Shown piece after piece: positions 16,717 through 26,992 of a stretch of DNA of 56,872 nt. The notes under the pieces are model-generated. The model made no database searches. It saw only the letters and a program-made list of their open reading frames with translations, and was not told the origin of the DNA. The position numbers and the translations under genes were made by a program. Origin of the DNA: Deltaproteobacteria bacterium (GTDB taxonomy: Bacteria; Desulfobacterota; Syntrophia; Syntrophales; JAIPED01); the NCBI GenBank assembly GCA_021737325.1, contig JAIPED010000003.1, positions 1 through 56,872 of the forward strand, written 5' to 3'. Each line of letters opens with the position of its first letter. Position 1 is the first letter of the stretch.

Positions 16717-17937
16717 ATGGAGGAGCAATTGTATCTCGTAAAACCTGCCGAGCCGTATTGGACGGCAATGCGTCTGATTGCTCATAGGGAACACATCATC
16801 GTTCCCTATGATTCCGAAGGCGCCATGTTCATTGGTGAAATTCCTATAGTCGCTTCTTGTGCCAGCAACATTGAGCCATTGCTGGATGGTCGCCGTGTTG
16901 CGATTATCCGTGAAAAGGGGATCATGATTAGGGCACAAAACAAAAAAATGGCGGGACTGCTCCAGAGCGTGGCTTGCTTTTCTTGCGTGGTAAGGTTTCT
17001 GGTTGATGCGGTAAAACAGCCGCAAAAGGGGTACGCCTCCCATGCGGAGTTCCGCAATCTATTTGCTGGCCTCACCGCCAAGCATCAGGAGGTGGGTGCT
17101 CTCAAGAAGGGGACATTCACCAAAACGGAGATAGCGCGGGAGGCGATGGTTGAAGCGGGGAAAGAGGTTGTTCGCCTAGGTTTGGTCAACGCTTCCTTTG
17201 GGAATATCTCCTATGTCATTGGAGAAACCCTGCTTATCAGCGCTACGGGGAGTTTTTTGGATGACCTAGATAATTCGCTCGTTGCGGTTCCGTTGCTTCA
17301 AAGTAGCCCCCAGGATAAAAGTGCTTCTAGCGAGTTACCCGCGCATCGCAAAATTCTGTTGTTACAAGGGTTGCGGGCTGTCTTACACGGACACCCCCTC
17401 TTTACCGTGGTGGCATCGCTTATTGCTGACTCAGAGAGGATAAACGGCGTGCCGGTGGTTCAGGGGGAAACGGGCGGCGGAAAACGGGGATTGGACAAGG
17501 TTTTGCCACAAGCCTTGCAGAAAAGCCCTATCGCCATTGTTCAAGGGCATGGAGTTTTTTGTGTTGATGGGACCGATTATCGTCAGCCAATAAAGAGGAT
17601 GTTGCAGTTGGAAGAGGACTGCATGCGCGAATATAGCGATGCGTTGGAAGGGAAAATTGTGCACGGGATGAAAGTGAATAATGTTGTGCCCAATGGGGAT
17701 AAGAAGCGCCCCCAACATCCGATGCCCGATTTTGTTAGGCGTTCATTGATCGACAGCGGTTTGTTAGCCGCATATCAAGCCCGTCCACCATATCAGCGGA
17801 ACGACTATATCGGTTGGATAAACAGAGCAAAGCTGCAAAAGACCAAAGAAAAACGGCTCCTCCAGATGCTGGAAGAACTAGCAAAGGGCGGCGTTTATAT
17901 GAATATGGCGCATCCCCCATCCAACAGGGGAAAATAG
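16717..17937 (+). CDS. Class II aldolase/adducin-family protein with C-terminal YdeI/OmpD-associated-like domain
   Basis: GNIS, SATGS, ASSELPAH, HGHP, GHGV (aldolase II). The tail PMPDFV...YQARPPYQRNDYIGWINRAK...RLLQML is YdeI-like. Confidence 0.75.
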   Translation: MEEQLYLVKPAEPYWTAMRLIAHREHIIVPYDSEGAMFIGEIPIVASCASNIEPLLDGRRVAIIREKGIMIRAQNKKMAGLLQSVACFSCVVRFLVDAVKQPQKGYASHAEFRNLFAGLTAKHQEVGALKKGTFTKTEIAREAMVEAGKEVVRLGLVNASFGNISYVIGETLLISATGSFLDDLDNSLVAVPLLQSSPQDKSASSELPAHRKILLLQGLRAVLHGHPLFTVVASLIADSERINGVPVVQGETGGGKRGLDKVLPQALQKSPIAIVQGHGVFCVDGTDYRQPIKRMLQLEEDCMREYSDALEGKIVHGMKVNNVVPNGDKKRPQHPMPDFVRRSLIDSGLLAAYQARPPYQRNDYIGWINRAKLQKTKEKRLLQMLEELAKGGVYMNMAHPPSNRGK

Positions 17938-18032
17938 CCAACAGCCAAATCAGGGGTTGATACGGAACGCACCTTTTTGCCCTTGTGCCTACAATCCCCC
18001 AAAAACCTCGTAGCAACAAAGTTCTCCGATTA

Positions 18033-18184
18033 AAGACCCTTTCGCAACTGCAACACTTGGCTTGTTGTGGTCATTCCCGCGAAAGCGGGAATCCAGATGT
18101 ATCTGAAGTAATTCGGTTATTTTGGCAAGCAAACAAGATTCTGCTTCCGTTACCGTTTGGAAGAATAGGTCATGCAACAGTCTC
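18033..18184 (+). mobile_element. MITE-like element, copy 1
   Basis: Ends AAGACCCTTTCGCAAC and GTCATGCAACAGTCTC. Internal GTCATTCCCGC-GAAA-GCGGGAATCCAG hairpin. Colinear with 38944-39117. Confidence 0.7.
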
Positions 18185-18299
18185 ATGATTACATTTTTCA
18201 CAGCATCGGTCATTAGCCACAAGATAGCCGTAAGTGTGATGTTGGTTATGCAAGGGTCTTGATTATTGACAGAGCGGCAGAGTCGGTATCGCGCCTGCC

Positions 18300-18524
18300 T
18301 TAAGGAAGAGGATAAACACCCTCAACTGTTACCTTGCCCTGCAAGGCGATGATAACCGCTTCTTCGCTATCCGCAGAAAATTTGAGGCAAACGCCACAAT
18401 CGGAGCTAAGTTGTCGTGGCACGGGGATTATTTTATAATTTAATCCCTTTTCTACGAGGATCTTTTCGGCACATAAAACATGATAGATGGATTCGAAAAT
18501 CGCCACCTTCTGTTTTTCTTCCAT
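18300..18524 (-). CDS. DUF3343 family small protein
   Basis: FESIYHVLCAEKIL...IIPVPRQLSSDCGVCL. RBS GGAG upstream of ATG 18524. Confidence 0.85.
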   Translation of the reverse strand: MEEKQKVAIFESIYHVLCAEKILVEKGLNYKIIPVPRQLSSDCGVCLKFSADSEEAVIIALQGKVTVEGVYPLP

Positions 18525-18565
18525 GCCACCTTCTCCTCCCTTATCGTTGGAGAGTTTAATTGGTG

Positions 18566-20503
18566 CTACCATGTAAATGTTATCCCGCTGTTAGGAAAGA
18601 CCCATTCAGAAATTGCCACCTCAATCCGTTTGCCTTCTTGATGGTTAACATTTGGATAGAGGCTTTTACCCGCAAAAAAGCAAACCTCCTTAGGGTTAGT
18701 GATATCCGTTTGTGAATAATCAAAAGTAACTTCCACGCCGCGGGTGGGATATACCAGAAACACCGAAAAGGTGTTCGCATCTTTGCGCTTGCGGGTGATA
18801 ATCTCCAACGCCAGGCGTGTCTGCTTTGGTGGCTGAACTTCAGCCACTTGACACCAAACCTCCAAGCCACGAGAGTTTTTTTTGACACTCGTAACTAGCG
18901 CTTCTTGTCCCCCCACCCTCGCTCGCGTTAAGCGAAAATCTTGCGGGGTAATTTCCCCTTGGGGTTGATCCAGCAACCAGCGATATTCGCAGGATTTTTC
19001 TTGGAAGAGCGCTTTTAGTTGTTCGGAGTTTTGCGCACATCCGACCATGAACCGACTGCCGGAGAAGGATTTTTGGTATTCAATCTTTATGGTAACCTTG
19101 TAGAAATTTTTTAACGAAGCGTTATTCACTAGCTCCGCCTTGCCAAATTCGCTAAGCTTTATGCGATAGCGGAGATTTTCCCGCAGTTCTAGCGGCGTAT
19201 CATCCCTACCGAAAAGCATCTCCAAGACTTCGGAATAGATTGCATCACCAACCTCAACACTTTTTGTTCGCACTTGCAGACTTTGGCGGATAATCTTGCT
19301 GATACGCGAGAGGGATTTTTCTTCGTCGGGAATGAACATGCGTCTTAAGCGGGGTTCCACGCTGGCAGTTTTGCCGTTTTTGACAAAAATTCTTGGGGCG
19401 CGTTTACCCAGCGAACAAAGGATTTCGTAGCCAATAGTTCGGGCGTGGCGGGCGATCTCCTCGGCATCAATGGATGCTCTTCCCTGGGAGCCGAGCAAAA
19501 CCACCTCATCGCCAACAGCACACTGAGGCAGGCGGGAAACATCAATTGTACACATATCCATCGAGATACGACCAACCAAAGGGCACCTCCTGCCCTGCAC
19601 CAAAACCTCCCCACAGTTCGATAGTAGCCTAGGCAAGCCATCCGCATAGCCCACGGGAATAGTGGCGATGGTCGTTTTTTTCTTCGTGATGAAGGTCCTA
19701 CCGTAGCCAATGCTACTTCCCGCAGGGAATGCTTTTAGCAAAATGATGAGCGTTTTAAACGAAAGAACCGGTTGGAGTTTTACTTTTCCCTTAAGCGATT
19801 CATCGGGATAAACTCCATAGCTCATAAGACCAGGACGCACTAAATTGAGAGAAAAATTGGGAAAGTTAAGAATCGCGCCGCTGTTGGCGATGTGTTTTAG
19901 GGGGATAATGATGCCCTCTTTTTCAAGAGCGTAAACCAGCTCGTTAAAAAGGCGGAATTGCTCCTCGTTGCAGGCATCCGGCGTTTCACTAACGGCAAGA
20001 TGGGTGAAAATGCCTTCAATAAAAACATTAGGCAGGGCGGCGATTTTTTTAATCACCTTCAAGCCTTCTTGGCACATAATTCCGCCTCTGCCCATACCCG
20101 TATCAACCTCAATATGGAGTGGCAGAATGCTCTGGCTTTTTTTCCCCCTGCGGGAAAGCTCCTGCGCGAAGGAGAACAGCGAGACCGAAGGGATAAGAGA
20201 GTGGAGCTGAATTTCAGGAATCTCCCCTTCGTCCGAAGGGCTGAGGATAACTATGGGGGCGGAAATCCCCCCTATCCGTAACTGCGCCCCTTCGTCGGCG
20301 TTGGCAACACCAAGCATTGTTGCGCCGCAAGATAACGCATTGCTGGCAATTTCCACCGCTCCATGCCCGTAGGCATCGGCTTTTACCACCTGCAAAATAT
20401 TGGCACGCCCATTGATGAGCTTTTTAATTTGATGAAAATTATGCCGAAAAGCGCCCAGATTAACTTCCGTCCAACTACGGTAGGGCTTCGTGGTGGTTAG
20501 CAA
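18566..20503 (-). CDS. alr: Alanine racemase with long C-terminal extension
   Basis: VVKADAYGHG (PLP Lys), VDTGMGRGG, VRPG, IGYG, GYADG, VGRISMD. About 270 extra C-terminal residues. Confidence 0.93.
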   Translation of the reverse strand: MLTTTKPYRSWTEVNLGAFRHNFHQIKKLINGRANILQVVKADAYGHGAVEIASNALSCGATMLGVANADEGAQLRIGGISAPIVILSPSDEGEIPEIQLHSLIPSVSLFSFAQELSRRGKKSQSILPLHIEVDTGMGRGGIMCQEGLKVIKKIAALPNVFIEGIFTHLAVSETPDACNEEQFRLFNELVYALEKEGIIIPLKHIANSGAILNFPNFSLNLVRPGLMSYGVYPDESLKGKVKLQPVLSFKTLIILLKAFPAGSSIGYGRTFITKKKTTIATIPVGYADGLPRLLSNCGEVLVQGRRCPLVGRISMDMCTIDVSRLPQCAVGDEVVLLGSQGRASIDAEEIARHARTIGYEILCSLGKRAPRIFVKNGKTASVEPRLRRMFIPDEEKSLSRISKIIRQSLQVRTKSVEVGDAIYSEVLEMLFGRDDTPLELRENLRYRIKLSEFGKAELVNNASLKNFYKVTIKIEYQKSFSGSRFMVGCAQNSEQLKALFQEKSCEYRWLLDQPQGEITPQDFRLTRARVGGQEALVTSVKKNSRGLEVWCQVAEVQPPKQTRLALEIITRKRKDANTFSVFLVYPTRGVEVTFDYSQTDITNPKEVCFFAGKSLYPNVNHQEGKRIEVAISEWVFPNSGITFTW

Positions 20504-20645
20504 CGGGGATTCTCCTTAGAGGCATTGGTGTGGCAGATAGCAGAAATGGCTTTGTTAGCCAAACTAAAAGACCACACTTGCACATCCCCGTGCCTGATGG
20601 AGTATCGGATTGCAAGCACGCAACGATTAGGCTACAAGCGAATTC

Positions 20646-22244
20646 ATGAAAAAGTTTGGCATTTTACTTATAGGTTTTCTTTTTTTGGTGGGATGTTCCG
20701 TTGCCGAACATCCTCAAAACACCTCGGGAGACATTATCGTTACTGGTTCCATCGGTGATGCGAGTAACCTCCTGCCGCTACTCGCAAGCGATAAAACATC
20801 GCATGACATTGCTTCCCTTGTTTACAACGGGCTCGTTAAATATGATAAAGATGTTAAAATCGTTGGCGATTTGGCGCGTTCTTGGGAAGTCTCTCAAGAT
20901 GGTCTTACCATTACCTTTTTCCTGCGCGACGATGTGCGTTGGCATGATGGTGTGCCCTTCACCGCTAACGATGTTCTTTTCACCTATCAGTTAACGATAG
21001 ATCCGCAAACGCCAACCGCTTACTCAGGCGATTTTCTCAAGGTGAAAACGGCACGGGTTATTGATAATCACACCTTCCAAGTAACCTACGGTGCACCCTT
21101 TGCCCCCGCCTTGATGAGCTGGGGGAGCGCAATTCTTCCCCGCCATCTACTTGAAGGGCAAAACATCACCGAAACTCCACTGGCACGGAATCCTGTGGGT
21201 ACGGGCCCTTTTAAGTTTAAGGAATGGATTGGAACGGAGAAGATCGTGCTGGTTGCCAATCCCGATTATTTTGGGGGCAAGTCAAAGCTCAGCGCCTTTG
21301 TTATGCGCGTCATCCCCGATCCTGCTACGATGTTTTTACAGTTGCGCAGTGGTGGGATTGACCTAATGCGTTTAACGCCGATGCAGTTTTCTCGTCAGAC
21401 CGATACGGTTGCCTTTCGGCGCGATTTTAACAAATGCCGCTACCCAGCTTTTAGTTATACCTATCTGGGCTTCAACCTCGCCTCACCCACATTTAGCGAT
21501 AGAAGAGTACGGAGGGCAATTGCCCATGCAATAAATAAACGAGAAATCATTGACGGGGTGATGCTGGGTTTAGCACAGGAGGCAACAGGTCCCTATCCCA
21601 CTAGTTCTTGGGCCTACAACCCAAGGGTAACAAAATATGAGTACAGCCCGCAAAAGGCTAGGAAATTATTGGCCAGCGCGGGGTGGAGCGATACGAACGG
21701 TGATGGCATTCTGGACAAGGAGGGCAAAGCATTCGAGATTGAGATTATCACCAATCAAGGTAACGATGTCCGTGCCAAAACCGCAGAGATAATTCAGCGC
21801 CGCTTGTTGGAAGTCGGTATTGTTGTCAAAATTAGGATTGTAGAGTGGGCAGCATTCGTTAAGGACTTTATCGGCAAACGCCGTTTTGATGTGGTCATCC
21901 TCGGGTGGAGCGTGCCCTTTGATCCTGATAACTACGATATCTGGCACTCGCACAAGACTGGTCCTAACGAGCTTAATTTTGTTTCTTTCAAGAATGCCGA
22001 GGTTGACAAGCTCTTAGAGGCAGGTAGGAACACCTTTAATACAGAGCTCCGTAAGCGCTACTATTGGCGCTTCCAAGAAATCCTCGCCGAAGAGGTTCCC
22101 TACATTTTTCTTTATGTACCCGATGAGTTAATCGCTTTGCAATCCCGTTTTCAGGGGGTGCTTCCTGCAAAATTAGGAATCGAATACAACCTCCACGAGT
22201 GGTTCGTTGCCGCCGAGCAGCGGCGCTATGTTTTTGCCCCCTAG
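20646..22244 (+). CDS. ABC peptide/nickel-type substrate-binding lipoprotein
   Basis: Lipobox LVGC; VYNGLVKYD, GDLARSW, WHDG.PFTA.DV, PVGTGPF. Confidence 0.92.
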   Translation: MKKFGILLIGFLFLVGCSVAEHPQNTSGDIIVTGSIGDASNLLPLLASDKTSHDIASLVYNGLVKYDKDVKIVGDLARSWEVSQDGLTITFFLRDDVRWHDGVPFTANDVLFTYQLTIDPQTPTAYSGDFLKVKTARVIDNHTFQVTYGAPFAPALMSWGSAILPRHLLEGQNITETPLARNPVGTGPFKFKEWIGTEKIVLVANPDYFGGKSKLSAFVMRVIPDPATMFLQLRSGGIDLMRLTPMQFSRQTDTVAFRRDFNKCRYPAFSYTYLGFNLASPTFSDRRVRRAIAHAINKREIIDGVMLGLAQEATGPYPTSSWAYNPRVTKYEYSPQKARKLLASAGWSDTNGDGILDKEGKAFEIEIITNQGNDVRAKTAEIIQRRLLEVGIVVKIRIVEWAAFVKDFIGKRRFDVVILGWSVPFDPDNYDIWHSHKTGPNELNFVSFKNAEVDKLLEAGRNTFNTELRKRYYWRFQEILAEEVPYIFLYVPDELIALQSRFQGVLPAKLGIEYNLHEWFVAAEQRRYVFAP

Positions 22245-22278
22245 CGTCTTTCACTCCTTTTGCCCCTGTCAGGTAACC

Positions 22279-22306
22279 TTGACACCCCCGATATCGTGGC
22301 TATATT
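22279..22306 (+). promoter_or_regulatory. Sigma70-type promoter for gmhA-grpE-dnaK
   Basis: TTGACA-N16-TATATT. Confidence 0.6.
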
Positions 22307-22339
22307 CGCTCGCACGAAACATAAGGAATGGGGTTGGCG

Positions 22340-22924
22340 ATGGAAGATTACATAGTGCGCTCAGCACAGGAAAGCATCAAGGTTGTTGATGCCTTTTTCC
22401 GTGATAACACCAAGGATGTCGCCAAGGCGATTAATGTTATCGTTGCTGCATTAAAGGCAGGTAACAAGGTGATGTTTTGTGGCAACGGAGGAAGCGCGGC
22501 AGATGCCCAACATCTCACAGCAGAATTTGTGAATCGCTTTCAGATTGAGCGGCCACCGCTTCCCGCTATTGCCCTGTCCACGGACAGTTCGGTACTCACT
22601 AGCATCGGTAACGATTATAGCTTTGATGATATTTTTTCCAAGCAAATACGGGCGCTGGGCAAGGATGGTGATATCTTGGTCGCCATTAGCACCAGTGGAG
22701 CTTCCGCCAACATCCTTAAGGCGTTGGAACAAGCGAAACGGCAAAAAATGTTTTCCATCGCGTTTCTGGGCAAGGATGGCGGCGCGGCGCGGCAACTGGC
22801 AGATTTATCCCTGGTCGTACCTGCCAACTCCACGCCGAGGATTCAAGAGGCACACATTCTGCTGGGGCATATAATTTGTGAGATGATTGACATGAGATTG
22901 TTTCAGAATCCTTATGAGAAATAG
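22340..22924 (+). CDS. gmhA: Phosphoheptose isomerase
   Basis: CGNGGSAADAQH, GNDYSF, ISTSG, RIQEAH. Confidence 0.95.
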   Translation: MEDYIVRSAQESIKVVDAFFRDNTKDVAKAINVIVAALKAGNKVMFCGNGGSAADAQHLTAEFVNRFQIERPPLPAIALSTDSSVLTSIGNDYSFDDIFSKQIRALGKDGDILVAISTSGASANILKALEQAKRQKMFSIAFLGKDGGAARQLADLSLVVPANSTPRIQEAHILLGHIICEMIDMRLFQNPYEK

Positions 22925-23515
22925 GTGGCGACAGTGTTGAAGAAAGACTCCAAAAATATTGAGACGCAGGAAGAAGAATTCGTAATTGCTGAAGAATTAC
23001 CAGATGATAATAGATCGTCAACTGTTCTTCAAGAGGGACAGGTTGTCAAAGGACTCATCGCCGCGGAAGCGGAGGCGCTTGCCAATTACGATAAATATTT
23101 ACGCGCCGTTGCCGAGCTAGAAAATTACAAAAAGCGGGCACTGCGAGAAAAGGCGGAGGCGATAAAATTCGGTAATGAGCGACTAATCCGCGACCTATTG
23201 CCCATTTATGATGCGATTGGTTGGGCGATTGCCCAAATGGTTGCCGCAGGTGGCGAGCAGGCGCTGGGCATCAAGGAGGGGTTAACGATGTTGCAGGGAA
23301 AGCTTATTGATGCCCTCGCCAAGCACGGAGTGGAAGCTATTGAATGTCTGCATCGTGCTTTTGACCCCAATTTTCACGAAGCATTATTGCGGAGGGCAAC
23401 TGAAGAGTTTCCCCACAACACCGTTATCACCGAGATAGAGAAAGGGTTCACGCTTAATGGAAGGTTGCTCCGACCAGCGAGAGTGGAAGTTAGTCAGAAG
23501 CAGGAATGTTTATAA
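22925..23515 (+). CDS. grpE: Nucleotide exchange factor GrpE
   Basis: LRAVAELENYKKR, FDPNFHEA, KGFTLNGRLLRPARV. Confidence 0.95.
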   Translation: MATVLKKDSKNIETQEEEFVIAEELPDDNRSSTVLQEGQVVKGLIAAEAEALANYDKYLRAVAELENYKKRALREKAEAIKFGNERLIRDLLPIYDAIGWAIAQMVAAGGEQALGIKEGLTMLQGKLIDALAKHGVEAIECLHRAFDPNFHEALLRRATEEFPHNTVITEIEKGFTLNGRLLRPARVEVSQKQECL

Positions 23516-23550
23516 AACAAAAAACAACAAAGGATTAACAAGGAGGATTT

Positions 23551-25443
23551 ATGGGAAAGATAATCGGAATAGACTTAGGAACGACAAACTCTTGTGTGGC
23601 AATAATGGAGGGCGGCGATCCTGTTGTCATAGCGAATCAGGAGGGCAACCGCACCACTCCATCAATGGTCGCATTCACGGAGAATGGCGAGCGGGTGGTG
23701 GGACAGGTGGCAAAACGACAAGCGGTAACGAACCCCGAGAATACGGTGTATGCGATTAAAAGACTCATCGGTCGTAAGTATTCTTCCAAAGAGACGCAAT
23801 TAGACAAGGCTACCGCGCCTTACAAAATAGTGGAGGCCAGCAACGGTGATGCGCAGGTGGAATGCCGTGGCAAGAGCTACTCGCCCACGGAAATTTCCTC
23901 CTTCGTTCTCACCAAGATGAAGCAAACGGCGGAGGAGTTTCTTGGCGAAAAGGTTAGTGATGCGATTATAACTGTGCCCGCTTATTTTAACGATGCACAA
24001 AGACAAGCGACCAAGGACGCGGGAAAAATAGCAGGGCTTAATGTTTTACGCATCATTAACGAGCCTACAGCCGCCGCGCTTGCTTACGGTTTGGAGAAAA
24101 AGAAAGATGAAAAAATCGCCGTTTTTGATTTGGGTGGTGGCACTTTTGATATTTCCATTTTGGAAATAGGCGATGGTGTCTTTGAAGTTAAATCTACCAA
24201 TGGCGATACCCATCTCGGTGGTGAAGATTTTGACCAGCGCATAATTGATTTCCTTGTTACCGAGTTTAAGAAAGACCAAGGGATAGACTTAAGAAATGAC
24301 TGTATGGCTCTACAAAGGCTAAAAGAAGCGGCGGAAAAAGCAAAAATGGAGCTTTCGGGCGCAATGGAAACCGATATAAATCTGCCCTTCATCACCGCCG
24401 ACGCCAGTGGTCCAAAACACATGAACATCAAAATGACACGAGCGAAGTTGGAATCGTTGGTTGGAGACTTGGTAAATCGTACCGAGCATCCTTGCAAAAC
24501 CGCGCTCAAGGATGCCGGTTTAACGCCCGCCGATATTGATGAAGTTATCCTTGTTGGTGGAATGACGAGAATGCCCTTGGTGCAACAGAAGGTTAAGGCG
24601 ATGTTTGGCAAGGAACCGCATCGTGGGGTTAATCCCGATGAAGTGGTTGCTATCGGGGCGGCGATTCAAGGCGGGGTCTTAGCGGGAGATGTTAAAGATG
24701 TGCTGTTGTTAGATGTTACGCCACTTTCTTTGGGCATTGAAACCCTCGGCGGGGTGATGACAAAAATTATCGAAAAGAACACAACGATACCAACAAAGAA
24801 AAGTCAGATATTTTCCACCGCAGCGGATAATCAACCTGCTGTTTCCATCCATGTTTTACAGGGTGAGCGTTCCATGGCAAATGATAACCGCACCCTCGGA
24901 AGGTTCGATTTGGTGGGTATTCCTGTTGCTCCACGAGGAATGCCGCAGATTGAAGTTACCTTTAACATTGACGCCAACGGAATAGTCAATGTTGCGGCGA
25001 AGGACTTGGGTACGGGCAAAGAGCAGAGCATTCAGATAACCGCATCTTCTGGCTTGGACGATAAAGAGATCGAAAAACTGGTAAAAGAAGCGGAAGCGCA
25101 CTCCGATGAGGACAAAAAGAGGAAGGAATTGGTAGAGACACGCAACCAAGCCGATGGTTTTGCCTACTCCGTAGAGAAAAATTTGAAGGAATTTGGGGAT
25201 AAGATTGATGCCGCCGAAAAAGCAAAGGTAGAAGAGGCACTTGCTAAAATGCGGAAAGCCTTGGAAGGCGATGATGTTGCCGCCATTAAACAGGCGCAGG
25301 AGGAGTTGACAACCGCCTCGCATAAACTCGCAGAGGCAATGTATTCAAAGGCTTCCGAGGAAGGCAAGGAGAAAGAAGCACAGGCAAAGCCGCAACCTGC
25401 TAGCGACGATGTTGTTGACGCTGATTTTGAGGATGTGAAGTAG
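23551..25443 (+). CDS. dnaK: Chaperone DnaK
   Basis: [26 protein letters not shown]-terminal VVDADFE. Confidence 0.99.
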   Translation: MGKIIGIDLGTTNSCVAIMEGGDPVVIANQEGNRTTPSMVAFTENGERVVGQVAKRQAVTNPENTVYAIKRLIGRKYSSKETQLDKATAPYKIVEASNGDAQVECRGKSYSPTEISSFVLTKMKQTAEEFLGEKVSDAIITVPAYFNDAQRQATKDAGKIAGLNVLRIINEPTAAALAYGLEKKKDEKIAVFDLGGGTFDISILEIGDGVFEVKSTNGDTHLGGEDFDQRIIDFLVTEFKKDQGIDLRNDCMALQRLKEAAEKAKMELSGAMETDINLPFITADASGPKHMNIKMTRAKLESLVGDLVNRTEHPCKTALKDAGLTPADIDEVILVGGMTRMPLVQQKVKAMFGKEPHRGVNPDEVVAIGAAIQGGVLAGDVKDVLLLDVTPLSLGIETLGGVMTKIIEKNTTIPTKKSQIFSTAADNQPAVSIHVLQGERSMANDNRTLGRFDLVGIPVAPRGMPQIEVTFNIDANGIVNVAAKDLGTGKEQSIQITASSGLDDKEIEKLVKEAEAHSDEDKKRKELVETRNQADGFAYSVEKNLKEFGDKIDAAEKAKVEEALAKMRKALEGDDVAAIKQAQEELTTASHKLAEAMYSKASEEGKEKEAQAKPQPASDDVVDADFEDVK

Positions 25444-25566
25444 TTAGCATATTGCTTTTCCATCCGTAGTTGATTTATCGGACAGAAAAGTGCTGATAGC
25501 TCGGGAATGTTTTACGGATGAGATAATAATCCTGTAGCGATTCCGGTAAATGCAAAAACATATTCA

Positions 25567-25602
25567 AGCGGCGAGGCGAGAAAATACGCCTCGCCGTTTT
25601 TT
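25567..25602 (+). terminator. Intrinsic terminator after dnaK
   Basis: GCGGCGAGGCG-loop-CGCCTCGCCGT followed by a T run. Confidence 0.75.
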
Positions 25603-25731
25603 ATAACGGCGCCATCATGTAAACTCCATTTTTCTGGCAAAAATGAGGATATTTTTCCCTTGGCTGCAACAAGGAGCAACATTTGCGTTGCCATTGAAAT
25701 GGCTTTTTGTTATCTGCCGCAAGCTTCGGAT

Positions 25732-25809
25732 GGTGGGTGTAGCTCAGTTGGTTAGAGCGCCAGGTTGTGGCCCTGGAGGCCGAGGGTTCGAGCCCCTTCA
25801 CTCACCCCA
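25732..25809 (+). tRNA. tRNA-His(GUG)
   Basis: G-1 plus GTGGGTG/CACTCAC acceptor stem, anticodon arm CCAGG-TTGTGGC-CCTGG, TTCGA, C73, encoded CCA. Confidence 0.97.
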
Positions 25810-25829
25810 TTCTCTCGTTGGTTGCATTT

Positions 25830-26972
25830 ATGGAACAGAACCATTTACCTTGCCATGATCGCATTAATCTCGGCAGTTATTATACAAAGCCCGCGATAGT
25901 TTCCTTGGTTCTCTCTCTCTTGCATAAAAATGTGGGCGACATTGCGGCTTATGCGTTGGTGGATACCTCCTGCGGGTATGGTTCATTTCTCGCCACCGAC
26001 TTCCCTTGCCGCAAAATTGGTGCGGACATTGATAAAGAGGCGCTGAAGGTGGCTTCTGCACAAGTACCTGCCGCTACCCTTTTTTATCATAACAGTCTTA
26101 GGCATGTTTCCCGTAGGCAATACGGTTTATCCGCCCATGATAAAATCATTATCATCGGTAACCCTCCTTATAACGATGCCACATCGCTGGTAAGGAGGCA
26201 GTTGAAACGGAAGGCCATGGAGGTGGATTGTGAATTGAAAACACGGGACATTGGAATTTCGTTTTTGCGTGCCTTTAGCAAACTCCAAGCCGACTACATT
26301 TGCATTCTGCATCCCTTATCATACCTAATAAAGCGGGCCAATTTTGCCCTGCTAAAGGATTTTGCGCAGGGATATAGGCTCCTTGCCGCACGGGTTATCA
26401 GTAGCGCCGAATTTGCGGAGACTTCCAAGGCAACCACTTTTCCTATCATCGCTGCTTTGTATCAACGCAATGCTGCGGGGATGGATTTTGCCTTCATCGA
26501 AGGCTATCCTTTTATTACTACAGAGGAAAAGACTTTTCGGCTCTCGGATTTCGACTATGTAACTGGTTATCTTCATAAGTATCCCAACCAGCGCCATATC
26601 CGCCAGAGCGAGGCGGTTGCTAAATTTTGGACATTGAGGGATATCAATGCGCTTAGAAGGAGCCGAACATTTGTTCAGAAAACAACTGCCAGCACCGTAT
26701 TAGTAACGACACAGATGCTGGATTATTACTGTTATGTCGATGTTTTTAAACGCCATATCACGCACATTCCCTACTATCTCGGGAATTGCGACATTATTAT
26801 TGACAATTATGCTTTTCTGGAAATCAAGGATGCTTTCCGATTCCTCAGCCTGCAACACAACCCACAACTCGGGTTGGAAATTGGTAGCGGTTGGGATGGC
26901 GATAATTCCCGTAAAGCGGTTAGTAGCTATATGAAAAATTTACTGCATGAGCATTACATTAATGGCGTATAG
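25830..26972 (+). CDS. Amino (probably N6-adenine) DNA methyltransferase, solitary
   Basis: LGSYYT (motif X), DTSCGYGSF (motif I), GADID, IIGNPPY (motif IV). The ORF track start overlaps the tRNA, so ATG 25830 is used. Confidence 0.85.
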   Translation: MEQNHLPCHDRINLGSYYTKPAIVSLVLSLLHKNVGDIAAYALVDTSCGYGSFLATDFPCRKIGADIDKEALKVASAQVPAATLFYHNSLRHVSRRQYGLSAHDKIIIIGNPPYNDATSLVRRQLKRKAMEVDCELKTRDIGISFLRAFSKLQADYICILHPLSYLIKRANFALLKDFAQGYRLLAARVISSAEFAETSKATTFPIIAALYQRNAAGMDFAFIEGYPFITTEEKTFRLSDFDYVTGYLHKYPNQRHIRQSEAVAKFWTLRDINALRRSRTFVQKTTASTVLVTTQMLDYYCYVDVFKRHITHIPYYLGNCDIIIDNYAFLEIKDAFRFLSLQHNPQLGLEIGSGWDGDNSRKAVSSYMKNLLHEHYINGV

Positions 26973-26992
26973 ACACTGAATGGAGGAATACT

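Noticed and set aside
25767-25829. ORF-track starts overlapping tRNAs (25767 for the MTase; likewise 54811 for prs)
   Set aside because: They lie inside tRNA-His and tRNA-Gln; downstream ATGs were used instead.
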